64,000 nt of DNA from a virus. The number at the start of each line of letters is the position of its first letter. The first letter of the stretch is position 1. The notes under the pieces are model-generated. The model worked only from the letters and a program-made list of their open reading frames with translations, did not search any database and was not told where the DNA came from. The stretch lies in the IMG/VR virus record IMGVR_UViG_3300037104_000756, positions 34,163 to 98,162 of that record, one strand, 5' to 3'. Made by a program: the position numbers and the translations under genes. Below are positions 29,258-36,876 of the stretch, piece by piece.

Positions 29258-30633
29258 TCCAATCGGACTCCCCAGAACGCTCTTTTGCTAACAGGTGCAT
29301 CTGAGATCAGGCGGACGCAACTCGGGTCTGCCGTCACCACGAACCGCCTTCCTGTTGGAAATCTCACCTCGACTCTTAATGTTTGCGACAGAATATTCAT
29401 ACCCGTTATGGTGCCGCAGTAGTGAGCAGCGGGTCCTGTTAGAATCTCCACAAAATCTTGCGTGACTATCCTCGGGGCGGCAGGGCTATTATGATTTTGC
29501 ATCATCGTTTGAATCTCAGCATCAGGGATGGTGACTGCATGGAGAAAAACACCTTCGTCGGTATATATAGACGCCATTTCTGAGATGCCTCGAACCCGAG
29601 TTAGACCGCGAGTCAGGGTCGGTGATGTGCATCGCGCAAACAGATAATTGAACGCCAACTCTCCGTCATCGTTCGTAGGAGCAAAAATTTGCGCTGCTTG
29701 TTTTCCAAAGAGACGGCGTCCCTGGCTCTTGAGCATCGGAAAGATGAGGCTCATGCGGTGGTCAGACGATATTTCAAACATACACCAGGGCGTGTCTTGT
29801 AGCTTGCTTACGGCTCCAAACGATACCAGCGGGGAGTCATCACCAGGGGGTGCGGTAAATCGTAGCGTCTTGACACGCCGAGTTCGTGCGCGGCAGCGCT
29901 TACTGAGTCCTGCGCCTGTCAAGGACGCTTGATGCGTCAGGCTGCGGAGATACGCTCCAACAGCCACAGCCTTCACATCTTTGCTAGCCAACAGCGCGGT
30001 AATTGCTGGGCGGAATATTTTGCGGATCGCGGGAATCGGCGCTCCAACCGCTTTAGCGACCAGGGCATAGTTCTGACTGATGGCATACATCAGGATTAAT
30101 TGCGTCAGGCTGCCATACGGTGTTTCATCCACGCCTGCTTTTGTGATGATGGGACCGAGGACGAGACCTGTTGGCGCGGTACCGAGGAGAATCATGGACC
30201 CGAGAGTCTGTTCGATGATGCGCAAGTTCTGCCAGATGCGAGTTTGAATCTGCCCATGCGCTTGGGCGATGAAACTTTGAGATTTTTCGAGTAGATAATA
30301 TTCGATGAACAGTTCTTGAAACTCAGCGCGCATTTTTGAGATTAAGGGGAACAGTTTCTCAGGGTATTCGCGCGCGAATGTTTTGAACCCAATCAGGCTG
30401 CTGTTTTCCGGCAGCGCTTCAGCGGATAGGAGTGAATCCGAATCTTGGTTGCGCTCAAAGGATACGACGCTGGCGGCATTTGTCACATGGTCCCAGTAGG
30501 AGTATCCAGCCTCAGAGACTGACCGATATGTTTTGGCTTTGGCTTTCTTCCACGCCGCTGCGTAGTCTGAATGGCTGATCACACCATACATTCGACTGCG
30601 CGCACCCCAAGATATTGTGACCTTATTCGACAT
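29254..30633 (-). CDS. Transcription factor: sigma70 region 4-like HTH + second HTH + NusG-like NGN and KOW domains
   Basis: LISKMRAEFQELFIEYYLLEKSQSFIAQAHGQIQTRIWQNLR; NYALVAKAVGAPIPAIRK; W...QIFAP...NYLFAR...VRGI...IPDAEI; DFVEILTGPAAHYCGTI...LRVEV..TGR. SD GAGGAG before the Met at 30633. Confidence 0.75.
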   Translation of the reverse strand: MSNKVTISWGARSRMYGVISHSDYAAAWKKAKAKTYRSVSEAGYSYWDHVTNAASVVSFERNQDSDSLLSAEALPENSSLIGFKTFAREYPEKLFPLISKMRAEFQELFIEYYLLEKSQSFIAQAHGQIQTRIWQNLRIIEQTLGSMILLGTAPTGLVLGPIITKAGVDETPYGSLTQLILMYAISQNYALVAKAVGAPIPAIRKIFRPAITALLASKDVKAVAVGAYLRSLTHQASLTGAGLSKRCRARTRRVKTLRFTAPPGDDSPLVSFGAVSKLQDTPWCMFEISSDHRMSLIFPMLKSQGRRLFGKQAAQIFAPTNDDGELAFNYLFARCTSPTLTRGLTRVRGISEMASIYTDEGVFLHAVTIPDAEIQTMMQNHNSPAAPRIVTQDFVEILTGPAAHYCGTITGMNILSQTLRVEVRFPTGRRFVVTADPSCVRLISDAPVSKRAFWGVRLD

Positions 30634-30967
30634 GCTTCTCCTCTGAAGGTGGTATTTCGACACGCGCTTTTATTTTTCGACGCCTATTGGCAATGCGGAC
30701 GTATCGACGGACAAGGATTTCAAACACGGCTCCATGGGCAAGTTCAGGCTCTGCAACATGAAGCATTTCATGCACAAGCGTGTGCCGCCATCCTCGGATG
30801 TCTTTATTCAAAACGATAATGGGGCGGGCGAACATAGTGCCGTCGTGTAGCGTGACACCACGGCAAGTGGGTATGGTTGCATCCTCGACTAAGACGATTG
30901 TCGCAGCAGGCAATCGTCCCAGCCAGATAAGGTGGTTAAGTCTCCGATACTCTTGCTGTGGGGTCAC
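30623..30967 (-). CDS. SprT-like zinc metallopeptidase
   Basis: Y..LN...W.G.LP...TLVHEMLHV...HG..F. Confidence 0.75.
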   Translation of the reverse strand: MTPQQEYRRLNHLIWLGRLPAATIVLVEDATIPTCRGVTLHDGTMFARPIIVLNKDIRGWRHTLVHEMLHVAEPELAHGAVFEILVRRYVRIANRRRKIKARVEIPPSEEKHVE

Positions 30968-31305
30968 CTGACCAATCTACCAGAAATTCTAATCCGCTGT
31001 CAACTCTTTTTGTTCCCAGCAATCATGCATAGTGTTGACGTACCCCTGCGTGACAAGGTCCCGCTCGAACACCGCGATCTCTTTTTGAGCGTGGATCAAC
31101 TGAATGTGGTACTGCGCCCAAGTGCTGCGGTGAATAGCGCGCGTATTCTCCGCAAAGTGGCGCTCGATGCCGTTCCGATATTGCTTAGGCTGTACATTCC
31201 CCGCGCAGCCCTGTTCGTCGAATCCCTGCTCATCCCTGACCGATAGGCGACCAGGGAGTTTGGGCGGGAATAGTTTTGATAGCAAGTGGCTGATCCATGC
31301 AGGCA

Positions 31306-31746
31306 TCATGGGGTCTCCTCTAGTTGGATGTTGAAAGTTGTTGATTCAAGATTGAAGAATATAACCGGGTAGACGAAAACGGCAGTCAGACCTTCACCCA
31401 GGTAGTCTAGTTGGTCCGCCGCAGCGGAGGAAAGGTCCAAGATACGATGTAGGCGAAGGTTGGGACCACGATCAGTAATGGTCACAACGACGGATTCGCC
31501 ATTCTTAATGTTTAACACCCTAAGCTCTGTGCCAAACGGAAAGTACCAACTGGCTGCGGTTAGCTTGTGACAATCAAAGCGCTGCCCGTTCGCCATCTTC
31601 CGACCTTGACGGTCCTGTCCATACCATGAAGCGGTACCCATATACTGCATTGTCGCGCGGTGCTTTATGGGTGCTGCAGACGTTGAGGGGGTCCACAGCA
31701 GGCTCGCTACGATCAGCAAACCGAAAACTCGTAGTATAGTCTGCAT
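31306..31746 (-). CDS. rlpA: RlpA-like lytic transglycosylase (DPBB domain), exported
   Basis: Signal peptide; GTASWYG..MANGQRFD..LTAA..PFGT.LRV.N..NG.SVVV.ITDRGP..RILDLS. Confidence 0.9.
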   Translation of the reverse strand: MQTILRVFGLLIVASLLWTPSTSAAPIKHRATMQYMGTASWYGQDRQGRKMANGQRFDCHKLTAASWYFPFGTELRVLNIKNGESVVVTITDRGPNLRLHRILDLSSAAADQLDYLGEGLTAVFVYPVIFFNLESTTFNIQLEETP

Positions 31747-31792
31747 AGTTAAATCTCCTTTGCGTCAATTTTGTTCAACGGTGCGCGATGTT

Positions 31793-32020
31793 TTATGCAG
31801 CCCTCCTGCGTGCTAGAGTTTTCCTGGCCTGCAGGATGTGTGCGCAGGCGGTACGCCGAAAGAGGAAGTGTTCGCAACTGCAAGCCCAGCTTCGACCTTG
31901 CTTCGTCACCGTGTGATTAACTCGACCAGGGCGCGAGCGGGATTGAATGGTGCCATACGCGATGACGCCCTTGCGGGGTGCGTCGGCGGTTTTTAGACTC
32001 AGGACTCTTGGTGTTTTCAT
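31793..32020 (-). CDS. SWIM zinc-finger protein
   Basis: S.SRPG..H.V...W.CSC..F......CAHI. Confidence 0.75.
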   Translation of the reverse strand: MKTPRVLSLKTADAPRKGVIAYGTIQSRSRPGRVNHTVTKQGRSWACSCEHFLFRRTACAHILQARKTLARRRAA

Positions 32021-32026
32021 GTTGAA

Positions 32027-32070
32027 AGTGTACCAATTCCCGACCCATCGGTCAAGGGTACGAAAGTACT
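32027..32070 (-). promoter_or_regulatory. sigma70 promoter with GTAC box (SWIM-RlpA-SprT-sigma4/NusG operon)
   Basis: AGTACTTTCGTACC-C-TTGACC-17-TACACT-6-ATG. Confidence 0.75.
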
Positions 32071-32113
32071 AATATTCAAGACTTTTCAATTCATAGATAT
32101 ACGAGGGATTTCG

Positions 32114-32437
32114 ATGCGGTGGTTCTGGACATTGTTGTTGTGTCTACTGTTGATTGGATGTGTTTCTGCGCCTTCTATCACCACCTTGACCGTCACAACC
32201 GAAAGTCTTCCCGGGGCTACAATCGGCACTATCTATGCCCAGCAACTCACAGCCAGTGGTGGAGTCCCCCCCTACACCTGGAACGTTGCTGCTGGAAATT
32301 TGCCGAATGGCGTCACGTTGAACGCGTCGGGGGTTCTGGCAGGAAGAGCTACAGAATCAGGCTCGTTCACTTTTATGATTCAGGTTACAGATTCGGCGTC
32401 ATCAGTTTCTACTATTAAAATAGGGGGCGGACAGTGA
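32114..32437 (+). CDS. Lipoprotein with a single putative Ig (He_PIG-like) domain
   Basis: Lipobox LIGC; TTESLP.A..G..Y...L.ASGG.PPYTW...G.LP.G.TL...G.L.G. Confidence 0.8.
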   Translation: MRWFWTLLLCLLLIGCVSAPSITTLTVTTESLPGATIGTIYAQQLTASGGVPPYTWNVAAGNLPNGVTLNASGVLAGRATESGSFTFMIQVTDSASSVSTIKIGGGQ

Positions 32438-33099
32438 AATTTCTCAAATGGTTTCTATTCTTGGTTCTACTTTTTCCTTGTGTCGTATCGGCGCAGGATA
32501 AGGCAACAAAAACACTCACTCTTGTGGTCAACGCAGGGGCAGTGTCCATCACGACGCCAACAATTCCTAACGGCATGGTGGGGCTGGTATACCAAACCAC
32601 TATCACCGTAACGGGAGGGTTGGCTCCGTACACATTTTCCGTGTCCTCTGGCACACTTCCAGCAGGGATGGCTATAGCGTCAGGCACTGGCGTTCTCTCT
32701 GGGACACCGATAACTGCAGGCACCAGCACTTTTACCGTGCAAGTTACGGATGCTGAAACTCCAGCGGTGATTGCTTCGCAGTCATACACGATCACCATTC
32801 TTGCGCAGTTGGCGATTACAACGAATAGTCTGCCAGCCGCCAACATTGGAGTCGGATATAGCGCTACGATCACGGCTTCGGGCGGCGTAGCACCATATAC
32901 ATTCGCGGTCACGACTGGGACACTGCCAGCGGGGCTTACGTTGAATTCTGTGACAGGTGTGATATCTGGGACACCGACAAGCGCGGGGTCGTTCACAATC
33001 ACCATCACGGTAACCGACTCGGCTAGCAACATAGCGATGTTGGATATCAAAACAACCATTGAGGTCGCGGCAGTCTTTGTGCTAGACTTCAACGCATGA
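32434..33099 (+). CDS. Exported protein with two putative Ig (He_PIG-like) domains
   Basis: Signal peptide VSA|QDK; two GG.APYTF...GTLPAG...GV.SGTP repeats. Confidence 0.8.
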   Translation: MKFLKWFLFLVLLFPCVVSAQDKATKTLTLVVNAGAVSITTPTIPNGMVGLVYQTTITVTGGLAPYTFSVSSGTLPAGMAIASGTGVLSGTPITAGTSTFTVQVTDAETPAVIASQSYTITILAQLAITTNSLPAANIGVGYSATITASGGVAPYTFAVTTGTLPAGLTLNSVTGVISGTPTSAGSFTITITVTDSASNIAMLDIKTTIEVAAVFVLDFNA

Positions 33100-33440
33100 A
33101 AAATAACTGGCTCGGTCTAATCGTCTTGGCTCTCGCGCTGGTGGTTAATCCTACCCGCGCGGGGGCTCAAGATAAGACTTCGAAAATTTTCATCATCATC
33201 GTCGGGCACATAGTGACGATTGGATGGACCGCTTCGACGACTCCAAATGTCACATACAACGTCTATGTGAGTTCTGTTCGAGGAGGACCATATTTGAAGA
33301 TCGGTCACACGGCGGGTACATTTTTCGGGGACATTGACGGCACGTCAGGCAACACCTATTTTTATGTGATCACTGCGGTAGACGCTGCAGGGAATGAGAG
33401 TATCAATTCAACTGAAGTGTCGGTCGTCCTCCCAAATTAG
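33096..33440 (+). CDS. Exported FN3-domain protein
   Basis: Signal peptide AGA|QDK; W.AS...YNVY...Y.YVITAVD..GNES..S. Confidence 0.8.
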   Translation: MKNNWLGLIVLALALVVNPTRAGAQDKTSKIFIIIVGHIVTIGWTASTTPNVTYNVYVSSVRGGPYLKIGHTAGTFFGDIDGTSGNTYFYVITAVDAAGNESINSTEVSVVLPN

Positions 33441-33443
33441 TTC

Positions 33444-33472
33444 TTGACACTTAACGCAACATCGGGTAAAGT
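33444..33472 (+). promoter_or_regulatory. sigma70 promoter of the tmRNA gene
   Basis: TTGACA-17-TAAAGT. Confidence 0.8.
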
Positions 33473-33477
33473 GCAGG

Positions 33478-33900
33478 AGTCGAGTTTAAGATCGACACGG
33501 TGGAGGCAGAAATCGTGCCCCAAAAGCTGGTCGTGCAGTTAACACGCGCTGAGCGAGTTCCGTGACGCGAATAGGACGGCGACCTTAAATTACGTTCGTA
33601 TAAAGCCTATGGCTTCTCAGAAAGACGAGGGTTCGACTCCCTCCGAGTCCACCCTGCCACACAGCACGGATGTTCCGACGCCCAAAGGGCTGACGATCTA
33701 ACCACTGTGTGGTACGGTGGGCTCGACTCGGTTTCGATTTTTGAGATAGTGGTGGGGCTACTTCGAACCGTCCTGACAACGACGTTAAAAGAGATCAAAC
33801 CAATAAATGCGATGCCTAAAAAGCTAGCACAGGTGGTTATGTTCGCGCAGCGCCCTGCGGCATTCGTGCCCCAGGCACTCGCGGCATAGTCGCCGGGGGA
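33478..33900 (+). ncRNA. ssrA: Circularly permuted (two-piece) tmRNA
   Basis: T-arm GAGGG-TTCGACT-CCCTC and acceptor 3' strand CGAGTCC-ACC (33627-33653) lie upstream of the 5' strand GGGCTCG (33719), giving G3.U; tag frame 33809-33889 ends in ALAA*. Confidence 0.92.
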
Positions 33901-33931
33901 GGGAGCCCGAAAGGTTCTCTCCTTTCATTTT
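33896..33931 (+). terminator. Intrinsic terminator after the tmRNA
   Basis: GGAGGGAGCC-CGAAA-GGTTCTCTCC then TTTCATTTTT. Confidence 0.75.
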
Positions 33932-33944
33932 TCAGGAGAATTTT

Positions 33945-34175
33945 ATGAGTCATCATTCTTTAGATGGATTCACACCCATCAGTTCGGACCACATTGACGG
34001 TGCAAAGTACAATTCCATGGATCAGAAGCTGACGGTGAGGTTTAAAAACGGGTATGTATATGAAGTTCACGCCGTGTCGCCCAGGGACCACCAAGAATTC
34101 ATGAACGCGCCGTCACAAGGCAAGCACTTTCACACATGCTTCAAGGGAAACTACCACATCGAACGCGTCAAGTAG
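33945..34175 (+). CDS. KTSC domain protein
   Basis: SS..I....Y......L.V.FKNG.VY....V......F.NAPSQGKHF....KG.Y. Confidence 0.85.
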   Translation: MSHHSLDGFTPISSDHIDGAKYNSMDQKLTVRFKNGYVYEVHAVSPRDHQEFMNAPSQGKHFHTCFKGNYHIERVK

Positions 34176-36107
34176 TTTTGAGAATGTCGGTGACGGGAGT
34201 CTCGCGAATCACGTCGAGGAAACTTCGCGGATGCATCCAACATCGGAAGTCCTTCGCATCTGAGATGTAGATGCACCACAAGTGGTCATCCCCCAGTATT
34301 TGGATGCGGCAATTTGGATGCGTCTCGCAGTAGGCGGATATTTCATCAGCTTCCGCTTGTGTGATTGGTTCGCTCATGGCTATTCTTCCCCCAGAGTCTT
34401 TTGTAAGACGAGAGTCTCGCGGCATCCTGGGCAAGAGACTTCCAAATGATATGTGTATCCGCAGCACTCGCATTCATCCGCCCACATCGAAAACTGTTCA
34501 GAGGCGAGGACGAATTCATGCCCGCATGTGCATTTTACTGTAAGTTTCATGGAGCCCTCCTAGTCGTTCTCTGGTCGAGCATGGGAAGTAGCAGATTTCT
34601 CGGTTATCATCGAGCACTGGGAGTCGCAGCCATGGGCATCGTCATCACAGCCGCAGTGCCACGCGGGACCGAAGATGCCGTCCCACCAAAATGGTTGGCA
34701 GCCCTTCGCAACAGCAAGCATGAAAATGCGGTCGTGATCCATTAGTCGTTCTCCGGTCGCGCCAACTCACCATACACGATGGTCGGTTCGGTCGCGGGCT
34801 GGTGAACGGATACCGCAGCGTTGAACGAGAATACAACTTCCTGGTCGCCGTCGAGGCGCGCCAACATTCTAGCCAATTTCTGACGCATCTGGCTGACTGT
34901 ACATGCAGCATGCAGGGTAAATTTAAGTGTTGCCATTTTCTCTCCTCTTTAGATATAGATACCTGCGGATTTGCCGCACGGCTGGGCTGTATCAATAGTG
35001 ATCCAGCCCAAGGTGCGCACAGCTTTGTAAGAAAAAGCTACGGCTCGATCAACGCAGTCTTCGCAGGCATGGAGGGTGCCGTAGGGGCGAATGACGACGG
35101 TACGGTCAGAACATTTTCGCCTTCCGCAGAGATCACACATATCATGGCTGCACATTTTTGTCGACCTCCTTGACATTCTTCGGAGCGGCGTTGATTCGTG
35201 TTTCAGCCATCGCGATGGTTTGTTTTGCTCGGCGAATTTCGCTGCGCCAGTAGGCTACATTCGATGCCCATGTTTTGTGTTGCTTTTCTTTACATCCCAG
35301 CCGTCTCTTCCGATTAGCCTCATATTCGGTTACGAGGCGCGCGGCATCGGCCAGGGCTCCCAATTGCGTGAGAAACAAATCCTCTTCGTCAACGTGCCAA
35401 CCGCCGCAGGAGTATGTGACGTGATCTACGTCGTCCTGTCTGTGCAGTTCGATTCCAGTGATGGTGGCTTCCTCGGTGCGGGCGACAAACGTATAGGACT
35501 GGATTTTTCCTAGCGATCCGTCCCAGCCATGCTCGCAGCAAACGCACGGGATTGAAACCTGGGACTCGTCGCCCAGAATCACGCGAAGCCGCGCACTGCC
35601 TAAACATTCTGGACAGATAGTCTCGATGGCTTCTAGTCCTGCCTTCGCTCGCCAAACTTTATCGCCGATGTTGAATTTCATTGGTCTCTCCTCATGGTGG
35701 TAAACACCCACGCCAAAAACAGAAGGTCACAGATAAAAGCAACTCGCAGGGACCACAATAAAATCTGTTGCATGGTGTCCATGTTTCACCTCGCATTTGA
35801 ACGGTATCACACAACTAGCCGAAAGTCAATCTCGCAGACCGACCTCTTGCTCCAGACGATACAGCATGCTGAAGTGGGGACCCGTGTCTCCGCAATTACC
35901 ACAGCAACCGTCTACATTGCTGTACCGGGACCCGCTCTTGTTCAAATCGGCGTCCAACTCGGCGCGCAGTTTTTTGAATACCACTGCCAACTTCGCCTGC
36001 TCGCTCTTGGTGAACTTTACAGTCATTGGAGCCTCCTCAAATTTGCCAGCCGCTTGGCCTTGATCGATGCGCAGGATACGATACTTTCGCAGAGCGTATC
36101 CATTCAC
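34168..36107 (-). other. Cluster of small minus-strand hypothetical ORFs (several Cys-rich)
   Basis: Coupled ORFs such as 34742-34936, 34949-35176, 35142-35680 and 35826-36107. Confidence 0.55.
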
Positions 36108-36376
36108 ACTCTTGGCTGTTGCTGGCCTTCTCTTGCCGACTCTTTCGGTGTCGAGTGGTCCCGCCCGCTCAGAGTCTTTTGTGAGCCTCCTACCTCGCCA
36201 GGGTTTCAGCCCTTCAGGACTTTGGCTGTCCTGTACTGCGGATCGCTGGCGTTAACCATTCGATCTCGTTGGCGTTCTTAAAGGTAGTGCGTGCGGCTCA
36301 GAGTCTGTCGAGAGGGCTCTAAGCTGCGCCCAAACCTACAGGCTTTGCTGGGTTGCTCTTAGTGGCCCTCTCTAAC
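36108..36376 (-). ncRNA. Putative structured leader or small RNA
   Basis: About 270 nt with no convincing ORF directly after a GTAC-box promoter; several nested hairpins. Confidence 0.4.
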
Positions 36377-36382
36377 AAAACC

Positions 36383-36426
36383 ATTCTGCCAGGATCACTC
36401 GGTTTTGACAATGGTACGAAAGTACT
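36383..36426 (-). promoter_or_regulatory. sigma70 promoter with GTAC box
   Basis: AGTACTTTCGTACC-A-TTGTCA-17-CAGAAT. Confidence 0.7.
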
Positions 36427-36876
36427 GATTTTCTCTAGTACGCGTTTTTTGTGCTTGACAAATCAACACAGAGGTGAGACGCTCTTTAGAGAGGTGCAAT
36501 ATGATTTTCCTAACAGGTGTCGTGTTGCGTCCCCATGTTTTGCAAGTCCTCGTAGCAGCCTTGGTTTTCTGGCTTGCGGTAGCTACCTGGGTGGCTACGA
36601 AGGTGGGGCGCTTTTTGCGTGAGGAAGAGCGGTTGTTTGGCTTTTCTGTCCCAGTTTGGATGCGGAGGAAATAATGGGAGAATGTTGCAATAGTTGCGGT
36701 GCTTTTGCCCCCCAGGCATCTTTGCGCAAGTGTCAGTATTGTCCGACGTTGATTTGTGACCGTTGTCGAGGTCCTCATGAACCAGTCTGCCAGCAGATGC
36801 AAAAGAAGCGTGCGTTTGGATTGGGTCCAACGGTTCGACCGAGGGATTAAGACTTTTTGATTTAAAGTATACGGTC

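Noticed and set aside
33627-33653. Stand-alone tRNA gene (GGTTCGACTCC T-arm)
   Set aside because: No upstream acceptor 5' strand or anticodon arm; its partner strand is downstream, so it belongs to the permuted tmRNA.
33707-33889. 60-aa protein-coding ORF
   Set aside because: It is the tmRNA coding piece; only the tag portion would be translated.
36190-36225. Hammerhead ribozyme (CTGAAG...GAAAC on the minus strand)
   Set aside because: Core deviates from CUGANGA and stem II geometry does not fit.
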